In this document: one piece after another, positions 1 through 10,157 of the stretch
How the letters are laid out: each line of letters begins with the position of its first letter
Numbering within the stretch: position 1 is the first letter of the stretch
DNA from: Bacillota bacterium
GTDB lineage: Bacteria; Bacillota; DTU025
Reading direction: 5' to 3'
Assembly: GCA_019136685.1 (NCBI GenBank)
Contig: JAGVTS010000199.1
Span: 1-63,118 of the forward strand
Length of the DNA: 63,118 nucleotides
Program-made: the position numbers and the translations under genes
The notes under the pieces: generated by a model
The model's input: only the letters and a program-made list of their open reading frames with translations
The model's database searches: none
Told to the model about the DNA's origin: nothing

Positions 1-443
1 TCCGGTAGTGACGCTTAACCGACCAGCGCCGAAAGGTTGCTCGCTGTATTAACATGCCATCGCGGTACATGGCCGGAGATCCGAACCCAGCTAGAGAGAA
101 TCCGCTTTGTTGAGATCAACACTCCCGAAGGCAAGATACTCCAGCGCACAGACATCACCCCAGTTCAGAAGCATATTATATCGCGGCTTGGGGTCCCGGA
201 GCCGAGGAAAACTCACGCGTGGACTCTCGGGCGTTTTCGGGCGTTGGGGGCTTTCGGAGAATCACTCGCGGGACGCGGACGTTGGTTTCGGGAGGGCTCG
301 AAATATCGCAATGTTTGGGCCAATGCTGTTATGATTCTGCCAACGGACGGGCGTAATCGCACCAGCGCGGCAACATTCGACCCAGAACGCGGCTGAGATG
401 TCGAGAAATATGACAAAATGCTGTTATAAATTGCAGGTTGCGG

Positions 444-472
444 GGAGGAGTCTGATTCGAGCCGGAGAATTG
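444..472 (+). promoter_or_regulatory. candidate sigma-H-type promoter upstream of spo0A
   Basis: AGGAGTC (446-452), an 11-nt spacer, then GGAGAATTG (464-472). This resembles the B. subtilis sigma-H consensus RNAGGAWWW-N11-12-RNNGAATWW. It lies 30-60 nt upstream of the likely spo0A start. Partial match only. Confidence 0.3.
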
Positions 473-502
473 TTCAGTTGCGATAATCGACGGCACTCCA
501 GT

Positions 503-1369
503 ATGTACGCGAATTTGGGGGGAATTAGCTTGACGAGGGAGAAGACCAGGGTTCTGGTGATCGAGAACAATAAGGACCTCTGCGAGGTGATCGAGGCTCT
601 CCTTCGGGACGAGGAGGACATGGAACTTGTGGGCGTGGCGCACGATGGGGTGCTGGGTCTTGATATGATTGCCCAGACCAGGCCGGATGTCGTTCTTCTG
701 GACATAATCATGCCCTATCTTGACGGAATGGGCGTGCTGAGCCAGCTGGATGATCTGGGACTTGAGCGGCGCCCTCGGATCGTGGTTCTATCGGCCTTCG
801 AAGAGGAGGACATGGTGCGCCGGTGCGCGCGACTGGGCGCCGATTACTATCTGCTCAAACCGTTCGATCGCGACAACCTGATGAGCCGCATACGACAGGT
901 GTGTCAGGTAGACTCGGTCCAGGCTAAACCCAAGACGGACAGGGCTTATCCCGCGCGTGAGCGCCCCAGGGAGCGGGAGTCCGACCGCAGGCCAAGAGGG
1001 GTACAGTTCGACCTCGAGACTGAGGCGACCCGGATTCTGTACAATCTTGGAGTGCCGACCTACTTCAAGGGTTATTGCTACATAAAGGAAGCCATTGTTC
1101 TTGTCACCAAAGACATTGGACTTCTGGGGGCAGTGACGAAGTCGCTCTACCCGAAGGTGGCCGAGAAGTACGGCACTACTCCTCTCATAGTTGAGGCTGC
1201 CATCAGGTATACTATTCAGAAAACGTGGAAGCAGGGCAATCCGGACCACATCAACAAGGTATTCGGATATGCGGTCAATCTGCGCAACGGCAAGCCCCCC
1301 ACAAATTCGTTCTTCATTGCAAAGATAGCTGAGGAGCTCCGGTTGGAGATGCTGGAGCATGCGCAATAG
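503..1369 (+). CDS. spo0A: sporulation master regulator Spo0A (receiver domain + Spo0A-specific DNA-binding domain)
   Basis: ORF track 398..1369. The receiver domain starts at RVLVIENNKDL...DVVLLDIIMPYLDG. The C-terminal domain has Spo0A hallmarks (YFKGYCYIKEAI..., KPPTNSFFIAKIAEEL). Start trimmed to ATG 503. TTG 530, preceded by GGGGGGA, is an alternative start. Confidence 0.9.
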   Translation: MYANLGGISLTREKTRVLVIENNKDLCEVIEALLRDEEDMELVGVAHDGVLGLDMIAQTRPDVVLLDIIMPYLDGMGVLSQLDDLGLERRPRIVVLSAFEEEDMVRRCARLGADYYLLKPFDRDNLMSRIRQVCQVDSVQAKPKTDRAYPARERPRERESDRRPRGVQFDLETEATRILYNLGVPTYFKGYCYIKEAIVLVTKDIGLLGAVTKSLYPKVAEKYGTTPLIVEAAIRYTIQKTWKQGNPDHINKVFGYAVNLRNGKPPTNSFFIAKIAEELRLEMLEHAQ

Positions 1370-1397
1370 AAATCAGCCGATACGTATGCGTGGACAT

Positions 1398-1430
1398 GAG
1401 CGGCGGGCCCGAGGTTGGGACCCGCCGCTC
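1398..1430 (+). terminator. GC-rich hairpin after spo0A (terminator candidate, no U-tract)
   Basis: GAGCGGCGGG (1398-1407) pairs perfectly with CCCGCCGCTC (1421-1430). It starts 29 nt after the spo0A stop. The downstream sequence is not T-rich. Confidence 0.4.
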
Positions 1431-1435
1431 GGTGA

Positions 1436-1464
1436 TTGCGGACCAGTATGTAGTGTAGTATAAT
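1436..1464 (+). promoter_or_regulatory. candidate sigma-A promoter of the V-ATPase operon
   Basis: TTGCGG (1436-1441), a 17-nt spacer, then TATAAT (1459-1464). Confidence 0.4.
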
Positions 1465-1522
1465 GCCAGTTAGACTAAGAGGCATGATCCGTCTTTCTTG
1501 CCCAATCTGGGGGTGTGCCCGC

Positions 1523-1849
1523 ATGAGCATTGAGGCGCTAGACCGTATCCGAGCTGTTGAGCGGGAGGCCGATGAGATCGTCCGGAAAGCCTACGACGAG
1601 GCAAAGGCGCGCGTCGCCGGAGCCGAACTCGACGGAAGGCGCGCTGTGCAGCAGGCGGAGGAGAAGGCCCGCATCCGGGCTGACGAGATCTCCGCAGCCG
1701 CTCGGGCTCGTATCGAGGCCGAGGCCCACGAGGCCAAGAAGGTATTAGCAGCGCGTGTGGACGAAGTGAACAGCACCGCGAAGGCCAACTGGGAGAAAGC
1801 GCTGGAGCTCGCGGTTCGGAAGGTGTTGAACTCGTTTGGCGATCTCTGA
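1523..1849 (+). CDS. V/A-type ATPase peripheral-stalk subunit (G/H-like, coiled coil)
   Basis: ORF track 1463..1849 trimmed to ATG 1523. The protein is Ala/Glu/Arg-rich and helical (EREADEIVRKAYDEAKARV...). It occupies the first position of a G-I-K-E-C-F-A-B-D operon, as in the Thermus and Enterococcus V-ATPase operons. Confidence 0.6.
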   Translation: MSIEALDRIRAVEREADEIVRKAYDEAKARVAGAELDGRRAVQQAEEKARIRADEISAAARARIEAEAHEAKKVLAARVDEVNSTAKANWEKALELAVRKVLNSFGDL

Positions 1850-1850
1850 G

Positions 1851-3809
1851 ATGAGGAGAGTAGCCGTACTGGGCCATGAGTCCCGAATCGGCGATGTAGT
1901 CAGCACTCTTCAGCGACTGGGTACTGTGGAAGTGAGCTCCGATACAGCTGACCCCTCGTGTCCTTTCGATCCCGCGGCGGGCCTTGCGCATGTAGATTCG
2001 GTGCTGTCGGAACTTAAGTACTCCATCGATATCATGGGCCGACATCGTCGAGTTTCCAAGACAGCCATTGAGAGCTTCACCGGCTACCGTCTCTACCTCA
2101 CCGACGACGAATGGACGACATATGTTCAGGACGGCGCGGAGAACGCCCATCGCATCTACGGTATGGCAAGGGCGGTCGAGCAGTCGCTAGCTGATCTAGC
2201 TGCCGCCGAGGCCCGCGTCCTCACATCCATCGAGCATCTGGAGCCATGGACGCAGCTGCGCGTCCCTGTGGAGCAGGCGACGCCGGCCAAGTACGTCGGC
2301 CTGGCGCTGGGTACAGCCGAGTCGCGTTCGTACGAGGCAGCGCTGGCCGATGCGGCCGAGGCAGTTGAAGGCTTGTCATGGGAAGTTGTCGCCTCTGAAA
2401 AGGATAAAGTACGTCTCATGGTTGCGTACCCGATGTCTGCTGCGGATGATGCAATTCGCGCTTTGGCACAGGCGGGGTTCACCAAGGTGAGCTTCGAGCA
2501 GTACAGCGGTGTTCCGTCTGACATCATTGCCCGGCTGGAGCAGGAGTTCCAATCGATTCAGGCACAGAGGGCCCAGATCGAACGGGATATCGACATCCTG
2601 GTGGAGGAGAGACCGCGCGCATTCGCGCTGTATGACTCCTTTGCCCTGGAGCGCGCCAGGCTCGATGTGACGAACAGGTTCGGCGGCACAGAGCGCACAT
2701 TCATCGTTGAAGGGTGGGTGCAGCTCAGGAATCTGCAGGAGTTCCGCACGGCCATAGAAAAGCTCGCCGACGATATCGTGGTACTCGACCGGCCTCCTCA
2801 CGACGACGAGGAACCACCGGTGGAGCTGGAGAACAACAGATTCGCTTCGGCTTTCGAACCCGTCACCAAGATGATGGGCTATCCGAGGCAGGGCTCGCTG
2901 GACCCCAGCCCGTTTCTGGGTCCGTTCTTCCTGATATTCTTCGGGCTGTGTATGACCGATGCCGCGTACGGCATCGTTATCGCTGCCCTAGCATACTGGC
3001 TCATAGGCCAGACCCGCGCCCGCGGCATGGGCCGGCAATTCCTCAACCTGCTGATCATGAGCGGGCTGGCCACGGTGTTTGTCGGCGCAATGTTGGGAGG
3101 CTGGGCGGGCGACCTTCTGCCACGCCTCTTCGGTTGGCGTACGGCTATCTTGTTCGACCCGATGGAGGAACCCACCAAGTTCCTCATTCTCTCATTCGCG
3201 CTCGGAGTTGTTCAGATCTACACAGGTATCATCCTCAAGGCATACGATAACATCCGACGCGGCGACTGGCTGTCGGCCATATTCGACCAGGTATTCTGGC
3301 TTGTGTTCCTCACGAGCATCGGCCTAGCGCTGGGCGGCAGGTACCTGGGTCCCAATGGGCCGGCCATTGCGTCGGCAGGGCAGAAACTGCTGCTCGCGTC
3401 CGCAATAGGGCTTGTACTGACACAGGGACGGCACCACAAGAATCCCCTAATGCGCATTGGCTCCGGCCTGCTGTCGCTGTACAACACAACTGGATACATG
3501 AGCGACGTAGTGTCGTATGCCAGGCTGTTCGGCCTCGGATTCACCAGCACAGTGCTGGCGTCGGTCATGAACGACCTCATGCTCAGGCCTGCCGGGATAC
3601 CGGTGATAGGGCCGATCATCGCCATGGTTGGCCTGGTCTTCGGCCACCTGTTCAATATACTTATCAACATCATAGGCGCTTACGTCCACTCCAGTCGTCT
3701 GCAGTACGTGGAGTTCTTTGGCAAGTTCTTTGAGGCTGGAGGGCGCAGATTCATGCCGTTCGGCATGTCTACCAAGTACGTTGATGTGGAAAACGCGAAG
3801 GGGGCATAG
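1851..3809 (+). CDS. ntpI: V/A-type ATPase subunit I (membrane a-subunit)
   Basis: ORF track 1836..3809. The product is about 650 aa, with a soluble N-terminal half and a polytopic C-terminal half ending in the ...SRLQYVEFFGKFF motif typical of subunit I. Start set to ATG 1851 (MRRVAVLGH...). Confidence 0.9.
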   Translation: MRRVAVLGHESRIGDVVSTLQRLGTVEVSSDTADPSCPFDPAAGLAHVDSVLSELKYSIDIMGRHRRVSKTAIESFTGYRLYLTDDEWTTYVQDGAENAHRIYGMARAVEQSLADLAAAEARVLTSIEHLEPWTQLRVPVEQATPAKYVGLALGTAESRSYEAALADAAEAVEGLSWEVVASEKDKVRLMVAYPMSAADDAIRALAQAGFTKVSFEQYSGVPSDIIARLEQEFQSIQAQRAQIERDIDILVEERPRAFALYDSFALERARLDVTNRFGGTERTFIVEGWVQLRNLQEFRTAIEKLADDIVVLDRPPHDDEEPPVELENNRFASAFEPVTKMMGYPRQGSLDPSPFLGPFFLIFFGLCMTDAAYGIVIAALAYWLIGQTRARGMGRQFLNLLIMSGLATVFVGAMLGGWAGDLLPRLFGWRTAILFDPMEEPTKFLILSFALGVVQIYTGIILKAYDNIRRGDWLSAIFDQVFWLVFLTSIGLALGGRYLGPNGPAIASAGQKLLLASAIGLVLTQGRHHKNPLMRIGSGLLSLYNTTGYMSDVVSYARLFGLGFTSTVLASVMNDLMLRPAGIPVIGPIIAMVGLVFGHLFNILINIIGAYVHSSRLQYVEFFGKFFEAGGRRFMPFGMSTKYVDVENAKGA

Positions 3810-3812
3810 CAC

Positions 3813-4292
3813 ATGGAGGGCTTTCTCGGCACAATTTTGGGGTTCCTGGGAGTGGCTCTGGCGATCATCACGCCTGGAATCGGTTCGTCGGTAGGCGTAG
3901 GACTGGTAGGCCGGTCGGGAGCGGGGGTCATCACTGAGGACCCCGACAAGTTCGGCTCAATCCTGCTTCTCGAGGCCATCCCGGGCACACAGGGCGTTTA
4001 CGGCTTTCTCACAGGGCTGATGATCATGATCAGAATCGGCGCTCTCGGCGGCGGACTGCGCACCCTTACAGTGGGGCAGGGTGTTCTGTTCATCATGGCT
4101 GCCATGCCCATTGCCGTGGTAGGCTGGGTATCCGCCATATTCCAGGGCAGGGTGGCCGCGGCCGGCGTGGGCATTGTTGCCAAGCGCCCGGAGGAGATGG
4201 GTAAGGCTGTCATCCTCGCAGCAATGGTCGAGACCTATGCAGTGCTCGCGCTCCTTGCCAGCCTGCTGTTGGTCTTCTCGGTAAACGTTTGA
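3813..4292 (+). CDS. ntpK: V/A-type ATPase proteolipid subunit K (duplicated, 4-TM c-subunit)
   Basis: 159 aa. PGTQGVYGF, FQGRVAAAG and AAMVETYAVLA closely match the segments I remember from Enterococcus hirae NtpK. Confidence 0.95.
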   Translation: MEGFLGTILGFLGVALAIITPGIGSSVGVGLVGRSGAGVITEDPDKFGSILLLEAIPGTQGVYGFLTGLMIMIRIGALGGGLRTLTVGQGVLFIMAAMPIAVVGWVSAIFQGRVAAAGVGIVAKRPEEMGKAVILAAMVETYAVLALLASLLLVFSVNV

Positions 4293-4311
4293 TTGCCCAG
4301 GAGTTGATGAC

Positions 4312-4914
4312 ATGCAGAACCTGGATAGGCTGGTAGTCCGCATCATTGACGAGGCGCGGGGCAGAGCCGACGACATCCTCAAGGATGCTGATGCGCGCTG
4401 CGCCGCTCTGGCCGATGAGAGCAGGAAGAAGGCTGATGACACATACAGGATAGCCACTGACCGGGCCACTCAGGCGGCGGCTCTGGAGGAGAGGCGCGCG
4501 CAGATCTCGCGCTCTCTCGATGTTCGCAATGCTGTCCTTCGTGCCAAAGGAGACATGGTCGACGCGCTCATATCTGAGATACCCGCCAGGATACAGGCCC
4601 TTCCTGACCAAGAGTACCTGGCGCTTATGAAGAAGATGATGATAGACGCCGCTCCGGACGGCCAGGTGGAGGTGGTCGTGGCCGAGCCTGACCGAGAGCG
4701 CATAGACGCCGCTTTTGTGGCGGAGGTCCAGTCGGAGCTGGCATCGAGAGGTCGCGATTCGAAGCTCAGGCTCGCCGGTGACACACTCAAGCTGGCGGGC
4801 GGCTTCATAATGAGAGCGAGCGCTCTGGAAATCGATTGCTCGCTTGACGCGATACTCGCCGCCGGTCAGGATGAGCTGGCCCCGCTGGTGGCGGAAGCAC
4901 TGCTTGGGAGGTAA
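4312..4914 (+). CDS. ntpE: V/A-type ATPase subunit E
   Basis: 200 aa with an N-terminal charged helix and a C-terminal globular domain. Called from its position between K and C. Confidence 0.8.
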   Translation: MQNLDRLVVRIIDEARGRADDILKDADARCAALADESRKKADDTYRIATDRATQAAALEERRAQISRSLDVRNAVLRAKGDMVDALISEIPARIQALPDQEYLALMKKMMIDAAPDGQVEVVVAEPDRERIDAAFVAEVQSELASRGRDSKLRLAGDTLKLAGGFIMRASALEIDCSLDAILAAGQDELAPLVAEALLGR

Positions 4915-4919
4915 GCGCC

Positions 4920-6005
4920 GTGGGCTTCGATGGAAGGTTCGCGTACGTTGTCGGCCGAGTCCGGGCGCTCGAGAACCGCATGATAGACCAGGCCCGATTC
5001 AACAGAATGATCGATGCCGAGGGCCCAGAGGAACTCGCGCGGATCGTGAGTGAGACCGAGTATTCTCTCGCGCGCGACTTAGGGCCGGAACGCTACGAGG
5101 AGATAATCGACGGCGAGCTCACGCGCGTGCATGCCGTCATCGAGGGCATCTCGCCTGATCCCGTCCTCACAGGCGTGTTTCGCGCACGGCATGACTTCGA
5201 CAACATGAAGGCGCACCTCAAGGCCAGGCTGGCAAGGCGCGACCGGGGCGTAATCGTGGAAGAGGGCAGTGGAGTCACGCGCCTCGGAAGGCTTGACCCT
5301 GCGCGGTTGGGCGCCATTGCCGACGCATTGGTTCTCGGTGGCGAAGACGATGAAGTTGAGGCTGAGCCGGAGGGTGAGTACATGTCGGTCCGGCAGCGCG
5401 CCGACGATCTGGAAGGCGCAGTGGTCGAGGCCGCCCGGCGGGCTGTATTGGCATATGAGGCGAACGGACGCGACCCGCAATACGTGGATCTAGTGTTGGA
5501 CAGGGAATCATTCGAGTACTTTTATCACGTAGCCCGGTCTCGGCGGGCCGACTTTCTCATTGACCTGGTGCAGGCCACGGCTGACCTTACCAACATTCTC
5601 ATATGTATGAGATTACGCCTAATTGGCAAACCCGCCGATTTTGCGCGGGATGCGCTGCTCCCCCGAGGCACTCTGGATATAGAGGCGCTGCTGGCCGTGT
5701 ACAGCGAGCCGGACGACGCCTTCTGGTCTTTTTTCAAACGGACCCGCTATGACAGGCTGGTAGAGCAGGCCCTTACGGCCTGGCGTGGCAGTGGGTCGCT
5801 GTCGGCGTTCGAGAACGCGATCCGCGCAGGGCTAGCCCGCGAGGCGGCAACAGGCGGCATGGCCGACATGGGCTATGAGCCGGTGCTGGCGTACCTGATG
5901 GCGCGCGAGGGCGAGGCCGATATATTGCGGCGTATTTTCGTGGGCAAGATGAACAGGCTGCCTTCGGAGGTCATCCGCGAGAGGCTGTGTGGTGTGTATG
6001 CATAA
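4920..6005 (+). CDS. ntpC: V/A-type ATPase subunit C (d-subunit)
   Basis: 361 aa. N-terminal YVVGRVRALENRMID motif. Called also from operon position. Confidence 0.8.
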   Translation: MGFDGRFAYVVGRVRALENRMIDQARFNRMIDAEGPEELARIVSETEYSLARDLGPERYEEIIDGELTRVHAVIEGISPDPVLTGVFRARHDFDNMKAHLKARLARRDRGVIVEEGSGVTRLGRLDPARLGAIADALVLGGEDDEVEAEPEGEYMSVRQRADDLEGAVVEAARRAVLAYEANGRDPQYVDLVLDRESFEYFYHVARSRRADFLIDLVQATADLTNILICMRLRLIGKPADFARDALLPRGTLDIEALLAVYSEPDDAFWSFFKRTRYDRLVEQALTAWRGSGSLSAFENAIRAGLAREAATGGMADMGYEPVLAYLMAREGEADILRRIFVGKMNRLPSEVIRERLCGVYA

Positions 6006-6327
6006 GATTGCAGTTATCGGCGACGAAGACTCGATCCTGGGCTTTCGGGCTCTGGGTGTATCGGTCTTCCCTGCAAGGAGTGGCAAGGAAGCGGAAACAG
6101 CGCTGCGAGCTGCTGCCCGCCAGGACTATGCCGTGATATACATCACAGAAGGCTACGCAGGCGAGATCATCGACGTGATAACCGAATACAGCCGGAAACC
6201 GCTGCCGGTGGTGCTCACCATTCCCGACCTATCGGGCAACCGGGGAGCGGCGATGGAGAAGATAAGGCGGACAGTGGAGAAAGCGCTCGGCGCCGACATC
6301 TTGTTCGGGAAAGAGGGGAATGCCTGA
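5998..6327 (+). CDS. ntpG: V/A-type ATPase subunit F
   Basis: ORF track 5989..6327. [21 protein letters not shown] is typical of subunit F. The ATG at 5998 overlaps the subunit C stop (ATGCATAA). Confidence 0.85.
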   Translation: MHKIAVIGDEDSILGFRALGVSVFPARSGKEAETALRAAARQDYAVIYITEGYAGEIIDVITEYSRKPLPVVLTIPDLSGNRGAAMEKIRRTVEKALGADILFGKEGNA

Positions 6328-6328
6328 T

Positions 6329-8105
6329 ATGAACTCCGGGACGAAGACAGGAACGATAATCAAGGTTTCAGGGCCTCTGGTCGTCGCCGAGGGGATGACT
6401 GGGGCGAAGATGTACGATGTCGTGCGCGTCTCCGAAAAACGCCTGATAGGCGAGATCATCGAGATGAGATCGGACCGCGCTTCGATTCAAGTTTATGAAG
6501 AGACTGCCGGGCTTGGGCCGGGGGAACCGGTGTACACAACCGGAGAACCGCTCTCGGTCGAGCTCGGCCCCGGCTTGATGGGCTCCATATACGACGGCAT
6601 ACAGCGACCGCTGGACCGCATCCGCGAGGCCTCGGGCGATCGAATTGCGCGCGGGGTGGAAGCACCCGGGCTCGACCGCGAGCGTGTATGGGAGTTCGTG
6701 CCGCGGGCGCGTGTGGGTGATCCGATCAGCACCGGCGACATCCTCGGCACCGTTCAGGAAACCAAGGTCGTGGAGCATCGGGTGATGGCGCCCCCAGGCA
6801 TTTCGGGGAAGCTTGAGTGGATCCACACGGGCTCTGCCAAGGTCACGGACGTCATTGCACGGATCGCCACCGACGAGGGCGTCCGTGAGATAACGATGAT
6901 GCAGAAATGGCCGGTCAGGCGGGGTCGCCCCATTGGGCAGAAACTCACGCCCGGGCAGCCGATGGTGACCGGGCAGCGCGTGCTCGACACGTTCTTCCCG
7001 GTGGCCAAAGGCGGCACGGCCTGCATTCCGGGGCCGTTCGGATCGGGCAAGACCGTTGTCCAGCATCAGCTGGCCAAGTGGGCCGATGCCGATATCGTGG
7101 TCTACGTGGGCTGCGGCGAGCGCGGCAACGAGATGACCGACGTGCTTATGGAATTCCCTGAACTGCTCGACCCGAAAAGCGGGGAGCCATTGATGAAACG
7201 AACGGTGCTCATCGCAAACACGTCCGACATGCCGGTGGCGGCGCGTGAGTCGTCGGTTTACACCGGAATCACGATTGCCGAGTACTTCCGCGATATGGGC
7301 TACAGCGTCGCGATGATGGCCGACTCCACCTCGCGTTGGGCCGAGGCTCTGCGTGAGATGTCGGGGCGCCTTGAGGAGATGCCGGGCGAGGAAGGATACC
7401 CGGCCTACCTGGGCTCGCGCTTGGCCGAGTTCTACGAGCGCGCAGGGCGTACCACATGCCTAGGCGCCGACGGGCGCGAGGGCGCGCTCACAGTTGTCGG
7501 CGCCGTGTCGCCGCCTGGAGGCGACTTGTCGGAGCCGGTCACACAGAACACCTTGCGCGTGGTCAAGGTCTTCTGGGCGCTCGACGCCAATCTGGCGTAC
7601 AGCCGCCACTTCCCGGCCATCAACTGGCTTACCAGCTATTCGCTGTACCTCGACAGGATCGATGATGACCTGCGCGAGATGGCGGGCGACGAGTTCGTCG
7701 AGATGCGCGGCGAGGCCATGAGGATATTGCAGGACGAGGCCGGGCTTGCGGAGATCGTGCGGCTGGTGGGGATGGACGCGCTGTCGACTCGCGATAGGAT
7801 CACTATGGAGACGGCCAGGAGCATCCGTGAGGACTTTCTGCACCAGAACGCGTTCCATGAGGTGGACACCTATACGTCCCTTGCAAAGCAGGCGGCGATG
7901 CTCCGGGTGATACTGGAGATGGACCGTGCTGCGCGCGAGGCGGTCGAGCGCGGAGCATCGCTCGAGGACGTGCTGGCTTTGCCCGTCCGCGCCAAGATCG
8001 GGCGCATGAAGTACGTTGAAGAGGCCAGGCTCTCCGAGATTGAAACTATGGTGGACGAGGTCAAGCGCAGCGTGGGCGCGATCGCTGCCGGCGGAGGTGA
8101 GGACG

Positions 8106-8113
<8 letters not shown>
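6329..8113 (+). CDS. ntpA: V/A-type ATPase catalytic subunit A
   Basis: ORF track 6320..8113. Walker A motif GPFGSGKTV. The non-homologous insert typical of A subunits is present. ATG 6329 is preferred for RBS spacing; 6320 is possible. Confidence 0.95.
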
Positions 8114-9494
<1,381 letters not shown>

Positions 9495-9495
9495 G

Positions 9496-10137
9496 ATGGA
9501 GATCAGAGTAAGCCCCACCCGGATGCAGCTCCAGCTGCTGAAAAAGAGGCACGTCATGGCCGTTCGCGGGCACAAGCTCCTCAAGGACAAGCTGGACGAG
9601 CTGATGAAACACTTCCTTGAGTTGGTGCGGCGCGATAGGGATCTGCGCGAGCAGATCGACGATAGGCTTGGCGCGGCGTTCCGCGGATTCCTGATCGCGC
9701 GGGGAGCGATGTCGGCTGCCGCCGTGGATGCGGCGTTGATGTACCCCAAGGAGACGATTTCGCTCAGGGCGGGGCAGCGCCACATCATGAACGTGGCGGT
9801 TCCGAGCCTTGAATGGACCTTTGAGCATGAGGGCGACGCCACTAACATATATCCGTACGGCTTTGCCTATACCTCGACTGAGCTTGACACAGCCATCAGG
9901 CTGCTGTCGGAGGCAATGCCCAGCCTGGTGGAGCTGGCCGAAGTGGAGAAAGCAGTAGAGCTTCTGGCGGATGAGATCGAAAAGACCCGACGGCGAGTGA
10001 ACGCGCTGGAGTACGTGCTCATACCCAGCCTGGAGCAGTCTATTAAGTACATCACCATGAAACTGGACGAGGCCGAACGAGGTAACTTGACCAGGCTCAT
10101 GAAAGTCAAGGAGATTGTGGGCGAGCGCGGGGCGTAG
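9496..10137 (+). CDS. ntpD: V/A-type ATPase subunit D (central stalk)
   Basis: 213 aa. PTRMQLQLLKKRHVMAVRGHKLLKDKLDEL is typical of subunit D. It is the last gene of the operon. Confidence 0.9.
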   Translation: MEIRVSPTRMQLQLLKKRHVMAVRGHKLLKDKLDELMKHFLELVRRDRDLREQIDDRLGAAFRGFLIARGAMSAAAVDAALMYPKETISLRAGQRHIMNVAVPSLEWTFEHEGDATNIYPYGFAYTSTELDTAIRLLSEAMPSLVELAEVEKAVELLADEIEKTRRRVNALEYVLIPSLEQSIKYITMKLDEAERGNLTRLMKVKEIVGERGA

Positions 10138-10151
10138 CGCCCACGCTCGCC
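10120..10151. terminator. GC-rich hairpin between convergent ntpD and hom (bidirectional terminator candidate)
   Basis: GGCGAGCG (10120-10127) pairs with CGCTCGCC (10144-10151). An inner GGGCG/CGCCC stem spans the ntpD stop codon. No U-tract. Confidence 0.4.
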
Positions 10152-10157
10152 TCTCTG

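Noticed and set aside
37-396. 119-aa ORF at the window start. The segment LERIRFVEINTPEGKILQRTDITPVQKHIISRLGV vaguely resembles the C-terminal tail of some IS4/IS1634-type transposases.
   Set aside because: The similarity rests only on a remembered pattern. A stop codon at 16-18 closes the frame just upstream. The rest of the ORF is Arg/Gly-rich and un-protein-like. It may be an IS remnant, but I cannot support that.
376-405. Two 6/7 matches to the Spo0A 0A box (TTCGACC, TGTCGAG), considered as stand-alone annotated binding sites
   Set aside because: Imperfect heptamer matches are expected by chance at about this density in 150 bp on two strands. They are kept only as a weak remark within the spo0A promoter finding.
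8016-8105. N-terminal extensions in the ORF track. Examples: ntpB from 8016, sigH from 38598, sdaAB from 42076, the two-repeat protein from 44174, apbE from 45347, carD from 32606 and spo0A from 398.
   Set aside because: The extensions overlap upstream genes or lack similarity to the conserved N-termini. Internal starts with proper RBS spacing match the family N-termini, so I trimmed the starts.
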